A stretch of DNA of 63,524 bases, filler included, from Hyphochytrium catenoides (Eukaryota; Protista; Hyphochytriomycota): assembly GCA_900088475.1 (NCBI GenBank). It is 9 parts of 9 records of this genome, joined end to end, with 100 filler letters (N's around TTAATTAATTAA, not from the genome) between each part and the next. Parts side by side here need not be neighbours in the genome. Positions count along the whole stretch, not along the records: positions 47,217 to 58,729 come from FLMG01000010.1; positions 58,830 to 60,388 come from FLMG01001613.1; positions 60,489 to 63,524 come from FLMG01004502.1; 6 more parts are not named here. The stretch is one strand, 5' to 3'. The notes under the pieces were generated by a model. It made no database searches and was not told the origin of the DNA. It saw only the letters and a list, made by a program, of their open reading frames with translations. Shown here piece by piece: positions 50,397 to 62,073 of the stretch. The first letter of the stretch is position 1, and every line of letters begins with the position of its first letter. The translations under genes were made by a program, and so were the position numbers.

Positions 50397-51307
50397 AAGA
50401 GAGAGAGCGAGAGAGAGGGAAACCACGAGAGATGGGGGTTCACGAGAGAGAGAAAAAGAGAGACACACTCCGCTCAGGGAGGAGGAGAGAGCAGAGACAG
50501 AGAAGAGGAATGAGTGGGAGAAAGAGAAAGAGAAAGCGAGAGAGAGTGTGTGTGTGTGAGAGCGAGAGAGCGCGAGAGAGAGACAGACGGAGAGAAAGGG
50601 AGGTTGGAGAAGGTGAAGGGTCTATGATGAGTCTGGCTGGTCTGCAGGTTTAAAAGGCCTTCAAAAAAAAAAAAGCAAGCAGCAGATGGACAGTGTAGAC
50701 CGTTATCCATTGCTAGTGCAGCAGCCCAAACTCCCGGAGCTGACGATGAAGGAAGTTGAATGCAGAGAGAGAGAGAGACAGACGATTGCACGAGGAAGAG
50801 GGAGAAAGAGGAGAGAGGAGGGGAAAGGGATTGTGCTGGGTAAATGATATAGAAGAGAAAGGAAAGAAGGGAGAGAGAGGATCTTCTCCCAATCATCTTC
50901 TCTTCTCTCTGTTTTTTTTTGCAGGCAAATTTGTCGTCCTCAGCAGGCAGAAGCAAGCCGTTGAGTTCAGACGCCTCTCTTTTATTGGTCCGCCACGGTT
51001 GTCTTTTTCTCTCACTGGTTCCTCTCTCTCTCTCTTTTCTCTTTCCTCTCTTTCGCTGTTTCTACTTTCTTCTTCATCCCCTCTTCTCTCTCTTCTCTCT
51101 GCTCTTCTCTTCCACGTCTGTTTCTCCTGCTTTTTTCTTTGCTACGTCCCGTACCCGGTGCTGCGGGGTGTCCGGATCTCTCTCTCTCGCCACCGAAGCA
51201 TCATGGAGAGACAACGAAAGAAGAGAGAGGAACCTGCAAAGACAGATGGGAAGTTGACCCTGTCAGAGTTTAGAGCCGTCCATAATACATAAAAGCAGCG
51301 CTAAAGC

Positions 51308-51344
<37 letters not shown>

Positions 51345-51665
51345 ACAGGCCTATAATTGGAGAGAGCCACCCAAAGTCAAAGTCTCATTCATCTCTGTAA
51401 TGCGCGGGCTAGAGACCTGAAGCAGACGCAAGACGTAGGAAAGGAGAAGAGGAAAAGATCTAATGGCCCTACCAAGAGGAGGAGACGCAACTGGAGATTT
51501 TGGGCAAGAGAAAGACACCTTTCTCTAGCCTAATCTTCTCTTCATCTCTTCTCTTCTGTTTCAAGGCTGACTCAGCGCCCGCCTTTTTTGGTGTTCGGCC
51601 TCTCTCATCAACGACCATCTTCCCACTGAGAAGAGGACGGAAAAGAGAGGGAGAGAGGGGGCGAA

Positions 51666-51713
<48 letters not shown>

Positions 51714-51865
51714 AGAGGATTATAAATGTGAGAGAGAAATCGCGCAAAAGAGAGGAAGGGAACCTGATACTGATACTACGGATAGTAAGCAGACAGGCAC
51801 GGAAGAAGAGAGACAGAGAGAGACAGAGAGAAGAGAGAGACAGATACACTGCCCGGTTAGACACC

Positions 51866-54592
51866 ATGCGACGGAAGAGAGGGAGAGAGAGTCGATGGGA
51901 GAGATGGAAAGCTCTCTTTCCCAGCATTATCTCTTTTCTCTTAGAAGCCATCACTCTGGTCTTTGGAGGCTTTCTCATCGCGATGTTTACCCTCTCCGCT
52001 TATACTCTTCTCTTCTTCTACTTTCCTTCGCCACCAGTCCCAGAGCACATTGAACAAATCTGTCAGGCTTACGCTGCGCCCTCTTCTTCTTCTTCTTCTT
52101 CGCTCTCTTCTTCTTCTTCTTCTTCTTCTTCTTTCTCTTCTTCCTCTTCTCCTCTCTCTTCTTCTTCGCTCTCCTCGTCTTTCAGCATCCCTTTCAGCTC
52201 CTACGAGTGGTTTGTCTGCCAGGCCAATGCAGAGAACGGAAGCGTGGGATACATTCTCTTCAACTCTTTTCTCTCTGTCCCTCTCTCTCACTACGGCGTG
52301 GTTGCCGTGTATAAACTATGCTTTCCAAGAGCTTACTCTCTCTCTCGAAAGAGAGCGTTTCTCTTTCTTTTCTTGGATGCACTTGCCTTTTATCCTGTCT
52401 ATATCTTAGGGATCTTCCTCAGTTCGGGGCCTCTGATGAGCTTTGGCTATCTAACGTACGGCCTTCTCTTCTACGCCTGTCATAAATGCATAGATCAGGT
52501 CCAGAAGAGAAGAAAAGAAGAAGAAGAGAGAGACATTGACAGAGAGAAGAAGAGCAACCCTAAGGAGGAAAAGAGAGAAGAAAAGACAAGAAGAGAAGCA
52601 GTAAACCAAGAGAAGAAGAGAGACAACGAAAAATTCTCCTTCCCACACGACGACGCTCCAGAAGAAGGGCAACCTATTACAGCTGAACAGGAGGAGGAGG
52701 AAAGAAAACGAAGAGAGACACAGCAAGCTCAAAAGGAAGGAAGGCTGCGGCTGCTCTCTCTCTCCACTCCTACTCCTACTCCTTCTTCCTCCGCCCCCCC
52801 TACCTTTCCTCCTCTCGCGCCTCTCTCCTCGTTCAAGAAAGAAGGAGGAAACGACGCAGCCTCAGGAGAGAAATGGAGGAGCAAAGCAGACCAACAGCAG
52901 CAGAAGAAGAAGAGAGAGGAATCAGGCCATTTACGGCTGCCAGAAGGAGAAAAAGAAGAGAGAAAGAAAGAGGAAGATAATAGTGTGAAAGTAGGAAGAG
53001 AGACGGCTCCAAGCGGACGACGCATACTGAAGACAGATGAAGGAGGAAACAGAGAAGAGAAAGAGAGAGAACCTCGTCCTTCTCCTTCTTCTCCATCTCT
53101 TCCTCCTCTCCGTTCTTCTCTTCTCTCTTCCTCTCGTCTCCCTCAGCGGCCGCTAGAAGCCAAGCATCACCTCATGCTGAACATGACGAACATCTTCCCT
53201 CCTCTCTATGGGATGATCACTCTCCGTATTCTTTTCCCTTTCCAGTTCAATCTCATTGAGAATGGTCTCTCTCTCTCTGCGGAGGCTGTCTCTCTCTTTC
53301 TTCTCCCTCTCCTAACGCTTCTCGTCTCTCTTCTTTCCAAGCGTTGTCTCTCTGGCGTGACCTCTAGACTTGGACCGGAGTTTGACCCTAGCTCTCTGCT
53401 GGTCAAGGTACATATGTCCAGCCAAATGCTGCAGGTGGTGTCCAACATGGCTTTAGGAACAGAAATCATCCGGATGGTCTCTCTCACGACTTTCTCTTCC
53501 TGCGCGGGCTGTACGCTAACATTATTATGGCACAAGGCCATGCTAGACAGAGCGCAGAGAAGGCTTGTGGCTGTCGGGGGCGAAGGAGCAGGAGAGAAAG
53601 AAGGAGAGAGAGAGGCGGGAAGAGAGAGAATAACTTCGGGAGAGTGGAGGCAAGAGTCAACGAGAAAGGTCAGAGGAGAGAGAGAGGAGACAGGAGAAGA
53701 GAAGGAAGAACGAGGAAACCAGCTACAAGGAAGCTCTTCCCTCTTTCTTTCTGGCTCTCTCTCCTCCTCTCGGCCAGCAAAGGGCTCTACCTGCTTGCCT
53801 TCCGCTCAGTCATCTGCCGGTCCTTCCCTTAGCATTGTACGCGGGGATGATGCGAGAGACGCGAGAGGAAATGGTCTTGCAAGCAGGTACTCTTTGTCCT
53901 TTCTTCCCTCTCTTCTGTCTCATCCTCCTCCTCGTCACGCTAGTGAAGATGAGCAGACAAGTGCTAAGGAAAAAGAGAGAGCAGACGACCGGTTATCTCA
54001 AGAAGACGAAGATAGAAAGAGAAGAAGAGACACAACAGCAGGACAGAAAGAGAGAACCAAACGGGACGGAGATGCGTCCTTCTCTCCTCTTACGGCCCCC
54101 ACTTCTTCTTCTTCCTCTTCCCCTCATCATACTGACCCAGCAGAGGGGATCCTTATCTCTTATCTTCCTACGGACTGGTCTCTCTCCTCTCGAGAGGTAG
54201 AGTATCAGAAGCTCTCTGTCTATCTCTGGGGACGGATCTCTCTCTCGGTCATGACGTCTACTCTCTGCTCTATTGGCACTCTTGTGGCGCTGCAGATCTT
54301 CCGCTCTCTCTATCTGACAAAAATAGTGAGAAATGAAGAGTGTTTCTCTCCCTCTCTCTCTCCTCTCCCCTCTCTTCATCTCAGGGGAGAGTATCTCTTG
54401 TACGTTGTCTACTCGGCGCTGTTTATGGTTCTCTTTCTCTTTATCATGGAGGAGATGGAGCTCAAGGTGCTCCAGAGATGGAAAGAAGTCCGTTCTTCTT
54501 CTCTACGGACCATTCTTCTCTTGCAGTTATTCAATGCTCCCTACTCTCTCCCTTGGCTGCTCCGAGTTATTATCCGGCACCCGCATTGCTAG
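51866..54592 (+). CDS. Large intronless low-complexity multi-pass membrane protein; the open frame extends upstream to 51500
   Basis: A 3-kb uninterrupted frame contains three hydrophobic helix clusters separated by charged and Ser-rich linkers. 51866 is the first in-frame ATG. Confidence 0.6.
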   Translation: MRRKRGRESRWERWKALFPSIISFLLEAITLVFGGFLIAMFTLSAYTLLFFYFPSPPVPEHIEQICQAYAAPSSSSSSSLSSSSSSSSSFSSSSSPLSSSSLSSSFSIPFSSYEWFVCQANAENGSVGYILFNSFLSVPLSHYGVVAVYKLCFPRAYSLSRKRAFLFLFLDALAFYPVYILGIFLSSGPLMSFGYLTYGLLFYACHKCIDQVQKRRKEEEERDIDREKKSNPKEEKREEKTRREAVNQEKKRDNEKFSFPHDDAPEEGQPITAEQEEEERKRRETQQAQKEGRLRLLSLSTPTPTPSSSAPPTFPPLAPLSSFKKEGGNDAASGEKWRSKADQQQQKKKREESGHLRLPEGEKEERKKEEDNSVKVGRETAPSGRRILKTDEGGNREEKEREPRPSPSSPSLPPLRSSLLSSSRLPQRPLEAKHHLMLNMTNIFPPLYGMITLRILFPFQFNLIENGLSLSAEAVSLFLLPLLTLLVSLLSKRCLSGVTSRLGPEFDPSSLLVKVHMSSQMLQVVSNMALGTEIIRMVSLTTFSSCAGCTLTLLWHKAMLDRAQRRLVAVGGEGAGEKEGEREAGRERITSGEWRQESTRKVRGEREETGEEKEERGNQLQGSSSLFLSGSLSSSRPAKGSTCLPSAQSSAGPSLSIVRGDDARDARGNGLASRYSLSFLPSLLSHPPPRHASEDEQTSAKEKERADDRLSQEDEDRKRRRDTTAGQKERTKRDGDASFSPLTAPTSSSSSSPHHTDPAEGILISYLPTDWSLSSREVEYQKLSVYLWGRISLSVMTSTLCSIGTLVALQIFRSLYLTKIVRNEECFSPSLSPLPSLHLRGEYLLYVVYSALFMVLFLFIMEEMELKVLQRWKEVRSSSLRTILLLQLFNAPYSLPWLLRVIIRHPHC

Positions 54593-54600
54593 NNNNNNNN

Positions 54601-54643
<43 letters not shown>

Positions 54644-55436
54644 GAGGAGGGAGAGAGAGGGAGAGAGCCAGAAGAGAGAAGGATAAATAAGAAGTCTTGT
54701 TGACGTAGAGACCAGGTTGAGAGTTAGGTTTAATTCTTAGCCTGGCACCACGGAGGAGACATGTCCCTTCAATAATTGTGCTATCAAGACATTACTTCCT
54801 CTCTCCTCTCTCTTGGGTCCTCTCTCTCACTTTCACTCTCTCTTTCTCCCTCTCTCTCTCTCTTTCGCAAAAAAGAAGATACGCAGTATTGGGCCCATCT
54901 TTAGGCTTTCCCTCTTAGCCTTTCATTTTCCTCTTCATCCCAGCTGCACATGTCTCCGTCGTGGTGTCTGCCCGACAACCAAGTCAGGGCACTGACACTG
55001 CTAAGCTTCATATGTTGTTTCTTCTTGCGCTAGCTCATCCCATTCTTTCCTCTCTCTAGTGCACATCCTCTTTCTCTCTCTCTTCTCCTATTCACCAGTA
55101 GTAAACAGAGTGCCTCTCCTCTTCCTCCAATCATGAGCCTGAGAAAGGCCTACTACTAAAAAGAAGAAAGCAAAAGGGAAGAGGAGACCAGAAGAGACAT
55201 TCGCCTCAGTTCTAGCGGCGGTTGATTTCCTGATGGATTGTCGGCAAGCATCATCATCCTGTTGTCTCTTCTTCTCTGTCCTCTCAGCTTTGTTCTTGAG
55301 CTTGCTGCTTCCTTCTGACAGAATCTCAGCCTCTTCTCTTCTTCTCTCATCATTTATGTGCTTGCGCCGATGAGCAGGAGCGATAGGAGAGACAGAAAGG
55401 AGGATGAGAGGGAAATGGCCTGCCAGAGCAGACAGA

Positions 55437-55476
<40 letters not shown>

Positions 55477-55850
55477 CGAAGGAAAGAATGGGAGGGACTT
55501 GGGGTGTCCTACTTTAGGTTTTATAACCGACCGTATATTCCTCTCATTAAAGACAAAAAGAAGCATCATCAATGTTGTCACTGATTGGATACCACTTCCT
55601 CTGATGGATAGAAAGGTAAAAGGGGAACAAAAGCTAATTTGGGACCAGAATAAATCCCCACTAAATATAGAAGCGGCTTGGCCAAGAGGAAAACAATGAG
55701 GGCTTCTCCGACAAACTTTTAATACATAAAAACTTTTAGGCCAAGTGCGTGAATAAGAAGGAAGAGGAGGGAGGATGTGGAACGGCTGGGCAGGTGTTTA
55801 TTTCTTCCCTCGCTCGCTCTGTTGCCTGCTGCAGGCTCTCTCTCTCTCGT

Positions 55851-55892
<42 letters not shown>

Positions 55893-56172
55893 TTCCCTTC
55901 CCCGCCCTCTTCTGTCTCTAGAAGTGAACCCTCCGCCTTTCTTGGCGGGATCCTTATTGAAACATCTTCCCTCGCTCTGTTGTAGAAGAATGAAGGTCAA
56001 TAATCAAGAATCTTTTTATTCTCCTTCTTCTTCCTCTTTCTCCTGTTGTTGCTCCTCTTCCCCTCAGTTCTCAACTTCCCCTTCTACTTATACGGTCAAC
56101 AGCACTACTACTGCGAAGCTCACAGGCCTTTGAATCGAAGAAAGAGGAGAACGATCACTTGAGAGGATTACC

Positions 56173-56550
56173 ATGGGACCTCTCAGAGCCAAATGCCACT
56201 GTGGAGCCACAGAGTTCGAGGTAGCAGAGCCTCCCAGCAGCCTAACCGAGTGCAATTGCACGTTCTGCTTCAAGAAAGGCTCGCTGTGGGCTTACTACCC
56301 GCCAGATCAGGTCAAGTTTCTAAAGAATGACAGCGTTACGAGCTATACCAAGGACAAGAATCTCTACCAGCACATGCACTGCTCTGTCTGTGGCTGCACT
56401 GCTTACAATGACTGCAAGTGCTCTTGGGATCTGACTACCTTTCAACCTGACTTCTCTAAGCCTAGGATTGCTATCAATGCCCGCCTTCTTGAGGATTTTG
56501 ATATCTCTGTCCTCCCGATCACGAAGGTGGACGGCCGCAATCAATGGTAG
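56173..56550 (+). CDS. GFA / CENP-V family Zn-binding protein, intronless, 125 aa
   Basis: Motifs CHCG, CNCTFC.K.G.LWAYY and HMHCSVCG, ending INARLLEDFD.......DGRNQW. Confidence 0.92.
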   Translation: MGPLRAKCHCGATEFEVAEPPSSLTECNCTFCFKKGSLWAYYPPDQVKFLKNDSVTSYTKDKNLYQHMHCSVCGCTAYNDCKCSWDLTTFQPDFSKPRIAINARLLEDFDISVLPITKVDGRNQW

Positions 56551-56985
56551 GGAGAAGGAAAAAGAAGGAGGTCAGCAGAAGAAAGGAAGGTAAATAGTGT
56601 GGCATTAGATACTCGTGCTGAGCAAGCACTATCTGGATTGTCGACATGTAAAAGAAAGTAGGCGACGTAGTGGGCCAGCCACGTGCTGCAGCGAGCGCAG
56701 ATTCAATAAAAGTAGAATCGCGTTAACCTTAGAGAAGAGCCGATATCCTTGTCATACTGTCTACTACTTTGACGCTGAGCGCTAGAAGAGGGTCCTTCTT
56801 TCTTCTGATGGAGCGAAGAATGCCGTTCTGGTAAGTAGACAATGCCATCATTAGCTGAGTTACCTAGCAGCTGCCATTGAACACCTTCAACCAAAAGAGG
56901 TAGAAGGGCAACCTAGTCATTTACTCTCCTCGTCCACCCTCCACCAGAGCATACTATTATTGCTTTATCCGCATTCGTCCGCTGC

Positions 56986-57858
56986 TTAAGCGCCTTCAGC
57001 ACTCTTCGTTGTCAGGAAGAGCTTGACTGTCTTCCAGACCTCAGAGGCAGGATCCAAATGTTCCATGTGTCCTTCTCCATCCACGATCTCGAGCCTCACG
57101 TTCTCTCTTCCTTCTTTGGCTTCCTGAGCAGCCCTGTGGAAGCGCTTAGACTGTTCCGCAGGCACATCCTTGTCCTCACTGCCGGTAATGAGGAGAACAC
57201 GGATATCAAACGGTAAAAGCTGAACAGGATCTGCTAGACGATATCGGTGAGAGAGTTCGGCAGGCCAACCACCTAATAAGGCTTGGACGGCTCCATCTTC
57301 AAACCCAGGACGGCTAGGCTCAGCTCCTAGGCCTGCATCTGCCGCCGCCACCAGGTCAGCTACCGCGGCCTGGGCTATTACGGCTGTAGGACGAACCCTA
57401 GGACGAGAACCTGGTGCTTCGTCCGGCAGACGGTGCCGAGCTCCTGCCCAGAGGGCCAGATGTCCTCCGGCTGAGTGACCAAAGACGGGAACTTGGTAGA
57501 GAGAGAGATGGTACTCCTTTGCCGCTTTAGCAAGCAGATCGATGGCATCTGCCACGTCCTGAAGAGTGGTCGGCCAGCCACCACCGGCTCCCACGGCCCT
57601 ATAGTCAATGTTCCACACGGGCCAACCGTCCTTCAATAGATCAGCCAGGACAGCATTCTGGAGAGAACGGTCATAGCCTGCCTTCCAGAAGCCCCCATGA
57701 ATCATAATGGCTACGCCTGGCTGTGTATACTCAGCGGGAAGATGGAGGTCGGCTGCCTGGGCTGCATCGGGGCCATACGTGAAGGTTATTATCCTCTTTG
57801 GTCCTGTCCCTTGTTGCTCTTGATCACTGTTATCACTGGTGATGATGGCTGAGCTCAT
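56986..57858 (-). CDS. Alpha/beta hydrolase (HSL-type esterase/lipase), intronless, 290 aa
   Basis: Oxyanion motif IHGGFW, WNIDYR, nucleophile elbow GHSAGG, acid GSEDKDVP and His EGHMEH. Confidence 0.93.
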   Translation of the reverse strand: MSSAIITSDNSDQEQQGTGPKRIITFTYGPDAAQAADLHLPAEYTQPGVAIMIHGGFWKAGYDRSLQNAVLADLLKDGWPVWNIDYRAVGAGGGWPTTLQDVADAIDLLAKAAKEYHLSLYQVPVFGHSAGGHLALWAGARHRLPDEAPGSRPRVRPTAVIAQAAVADLVAAADAGLGAEPSRPGFEDGAVQALLGGWPAELSHRYRLADPVQLLPFDIRVLLITGSEDKDVPAEQSKRFHRAAQEAKEGRENVRLEIVDGEGHMEHLDPASEVWKTVKLFLTTKSAEGA

Positions 57859-58269
57859 CTTCTTCTATTAATTGTTTCTTTTCGTTAACGTTAGTTCTTG
57901 CCCTGCTCTTGACGACAGAGAGGAGTTAGGATGAAAAGATCAGAAGAAGAGGATACTACAAAAATAAGGCACAGCCAGCAGGTAATGGCAAGAAGGGAGA
58001 AAGAAAGAAGCAAGTGATGGCACGGAAGACCAAGCAGCTAAGCTGTGAGTTGGAGGAAGTCTAAAGCCTCGCAGTTGAGGAGCACATTCTTGCCAAGGAT
58101 GATGCACGCACCACAGTCGTTGAGCCCGCAGCATGTTCTGCTAATGCTGTTGTTGATGAGAACCTTCCTCTTCTGCAACAACGCCATCGTTGATCAATCA
58201 ACCAGAGAAGAGAGAGAGGAGGGGAAGTGAAAGAGAGAGAACCAAAAAAAAGAAAAAAGGCAGGCAAAG

Positions 58270-58308
<39 letters not shown>

Positions 58309-58336
58309 GAGAGAGAGAAAGAGGAGAGAGAGAGAG

Positions 58337-58385
<49 letters not shown>

Positions 58386-58642
58386 AGAGACAGAAGGGAG
58401 GGGAGAACTACTAAGCTTTCATAATAGGAGGAAGGAGCTGTCATTGACAAAAATGATCTTCCACCTCCCACCCCCAAAATACAACAGGAACAGCCGCTAA
58501 CGTCCACAACCCTAGAATAAAATGAATAAACAACGATGCAGGAACTTCACAGAAGAGACGTAGAACTACTGTACTTCCTAGATACAGCAGTGTACGCGTA
58601 CAATTGCAGATGCAACTCGAAGAAGTGGAGGGCAAGAAGTTT

Positions 58643-58729
58643 CTCGCCGGTAACCGCTCTATTAATAGAGGGTTAGTGCCACCGCCATTTATCCCCAAGA
58701 AGTGGTATAATAGAGCGGTTACCGGCGAG
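58643..58729. repeat. Perfect 22-bp inverted repeat at a contig end
   Basis: CTCGCCGGTAACCGCTCTATTA (58643-58664) pairs with TAATAGAGCGGTTACCGGCGAG (58708-58729). Confidence 0.9.
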
Positions 58730-59151
58730 NNNNNNNNNNNNNNNNNNNNNNNNNNNNNNNNNNNNNNNNNNNNTTAATTAATTAANNNNNNNNNNNNNNN
58801 NNNNNNNNNNNNNNNNNNNNNNNNNNNNNCTCATGTACTGGAGCGAGTACATAGCACAGGAAGTGAGAGGTGCTCAATCTCTACTCTTCTCCCTCTGTTT
58901 TTCTGTCCAAATCTTTCTCCCACCGTCGCTTCGAGCGGCGGTTCTTTGTTCCTCCGCCTTTCCCTTCCACCGTTGTCAACTAAGGGCAAAGAGATGATAT
59001 TTAGCTCCTTTTATTATAAAGCTGGTTGTTTATGGGAGATAATGAGAGAGACAGAGAGAAACCAACGCTCTCATACCTTAGTTCCCATAACCTCTGGTAA
59101 GTTGAGAGAGAGGAGGAATAAAGACTCTTCTTTCTTCTCTTTATTTTCTCT

Positions 59152-59194
<43 letters not shown>

Positions 59195-61680
59195 NNNNNN
59201 NNNNNNNNNNNNNTCTCTCCTTCTCCTCTTTCCTGTTCTCTCTATGCTCGCTCATCTCCTATCTGATTGCTCTTTCCTGACTTTGTCACAGGGAGTGAAG
59301 CAGTAACGAGCTGCTAGAGTGGGTCTGTGCCATGGATTGATTAGCAGACAACGTGACCTATGGCTCTCTACTAGAGGAGAAGATGCCAGAAAGTGCAGAA
59401 TGCTCTTCTGCCGAGTTCATAGACTGCGGTGGCAAAGGAAACATTCAGCTCTATCAAGTACTACTACGGAAGAGCGACAAAGCACCACGGAAGAACGACA
59501 ATGCGCGGAAGAAGAGAGAAAACGGCTTCATTGACAGCTGTGCTCCTACTATGTGATGGGAAGCGAGGACTTGTTGACTACTAATGTTAGAGCTATAGGA
59601 AGAAGCTCCTCTTCACTCATTTTCCTTGTATCGACCACCACTGAGGAACGTTGTTCCTAATAGTCACTCTTTAGCCCCTGTACTTTGCTACTATCTAGAG
59701 CGTCTACGACCTATCTTCTCCTGCTACAGCTCGATTCGAGCGCGTTTTCATAAACCTCAAAAATGTCGTTATTGATCAGGCCATCCATGTGCTACAGACA
59801 TTGACCGTTTCATCAGATCATTATATATCATCTAGGGTACAAAGGTCACTTCAGCTTTGAGCCCATAAGCGAACTCTGCCTTGCAGCTAGTCGTCGTTCG
59901 TACTACTTCTAGTTAGTACTTACCCGTAGGATGAGAACCGGCAGCGAGTGTATGGGACATATTGCGCCCAAGATTGAGGAGGCAGCCTCAACCGCTCGGA
60001 GTCAGGGAGTGGCTGCCAAAAAGGAGACTTCTCCTTCGCTTTTCCTCTTCGCGTTTTCTCAAGACGGCCGCTAATAGTGCCCTCGTCTTACGCTTTACTA
60101 TTCTACTGTTTCTTTTGGGGTTAGGGTTTCTAGCCCTCCATCAAAGGCTGGGGGCATGTAGGCTCGCATTTGCCTCCCTCCTTGTCTTGCCCTGTCTTGG
60201 TCTCCTAATAACCTCTTTTGGTGTCCTCTCTTGTCTTAGGGGCTAGGACAACCCTACCTCTCCCATTCTTTCCAGGCAGGCTTTTCTGTCCTTACTTAGC
60301 CTATTCTATCCTTTTCTTCTTTCCTTGTAGCTGATCACCGTTTAGATGACTTCCGTAACTTCTGATTGTTACCACTTCCCCTGCTCCCNNNNNNNNNNNN
60401 NNNNNNNNNNNNNNNNNNNNNNNNNNNNNNNNTTAATTAATTAANNNNNNNNNNNNNNNNNNNNNNNNNNNNNNNNNNNNNNNNNNNNTGGGTTGAAATT
60501 GAGGCTCGCCCTTCGGGCTCGCAATAAGCCCAACTGGGGTCCCATAATAGGGTAGTGCGTTTTCACAGACACTTTGATAACGACAGCAAATGGACCCGCA
60601 AACGGCCTAATTTTTTTATTTTCGGCTGTGCGGTTGGGCTGACATCTTGCTGACACTTTGCTGACACTTTGCTCACAATCACATATAGCCGGCAAACGGC
60701 TAGATTTGCTGAGTTTGTGATCACACTTTCTGTCATCCCGAAATCTAGCTCTGACACTTCGCTGACGTTTAGATTCTACATCTGAAGTTTCCCTATTACG
60801 AATCCGTGAGCAACAGAAAATAAAGAGGGAACCAGAAAAAGTCAACCGACACAGATGACGATGATAACGGAGATCAAGGGCGAAATCTGCTCTGCTCTTC
60901 TAGATGGCTGAGATCCATCATCCATCGTCCTCCATCTAAGGCCTTATTTAGCTCTGCTGCATCCCAGCAGTTAGAAGACTCAAACTTGAGCTGAGGTGGT
61001 TACTGCTTAGGAAAGCTTTACTTCTCGTTTCCTCTCTTCGGAAACATGGAAGCTGCACCATCTCCTCTTTCTATACTTCGCGAAGGACAAGGCCTCGCCC
61101 TATCCTCTTATGGAGCTCCTTCGCATTCCAAGGACAGCGCGAAGCTCTTATCGCACGACAATGACTAGGAGTGTCGGCAATAGCTATGGCCACCCTAGCG
61201 CTCTGCCATCAATTCGGGCAACAAGAGCAGAAAAAAGAAAGCAACGAACAACAGAAAACTCCGGGGGAGGCTGATCTGATACTATTCTCTGGAAAAGTGG
61301 TGTCTCTAAGTACGTTGCTGACCACACTGCTAGCAACGGAGGAGGCTGCTACTGTGTATAATCCCCCTTTGACTGTGCATCAGCTATGCCATCGGCTCGA
61401 CGCCATTTAATGGCATTGATGCGGCTAACTGCGACGCTTTGTTGAGAAATCTAACTAGGACTAAACTACTACATAAGAGCAAACAGCGGGGAAAAGAGCG
61501 TAAGGGCACATGGAGGCATTTGGTCTCCGATCCCAACATGCTCAGGTTAGTCGTCCATCCTCGATAAGGACTAATTAATAAGAGCTGGACTTCTTGCTTG
61601 AAATAACCTACTTCACTATTCACGTCGTGGTGCCTCTAACTACCTTTGACACCTTCGATTTCTTGTTGGTTTTGACTTAG

Positions 61681-62073
61681 ATGAGTTCACTCATCTATAA
61701 AATGGTTGGACCTACGCTATTAGCTGGGGCGTTCCCCCAAACAGAATTGGACCGGTCACCGGAGGACTTCGCTGAAGAATTCAACAAGCCACGTGTCACT
61801 TTGAAGATGTTTCTTCTCCGTACCCTCATGATGCTCCGACACCATATCCCAGATAGCGCCCTACAAGCGCTGACAGGCTTATCCTTCAGTCACATAAGCG
61901 AGCGCTGCAATAGAGTAGAAAGACTACTCAGGGAGTGCCTTATACAGGGCGGATACCTCTATACCCCTTCTCTAGGCGAGCTCAGAGCTGACGCCGAAAG
62001 CTTCTACCAACACAATAGCTTTAGTGGGCACCGGCTTTCAGGCATGAGGACTGATGCACGTGAAGTAAGTTAG
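61681..62073 (+). mobile_element. PIF/Harbinger-ISL2EU-like transposase remnant (HTH plus first catalytic Asp region)
   Basis: LLRTLMMLRHHIPDSALQALTGLSFSHISERCN fits the HTH_Tnp_4 pattern LL.TLM.LR...P...L....G+S.S.+S. It is followed by TDAREV and, out of frame, LQRPS (compare IDCTE+.I.RPS). GACACTTTG repeats cluster near both ends of the contig. Confidence 0.5.
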
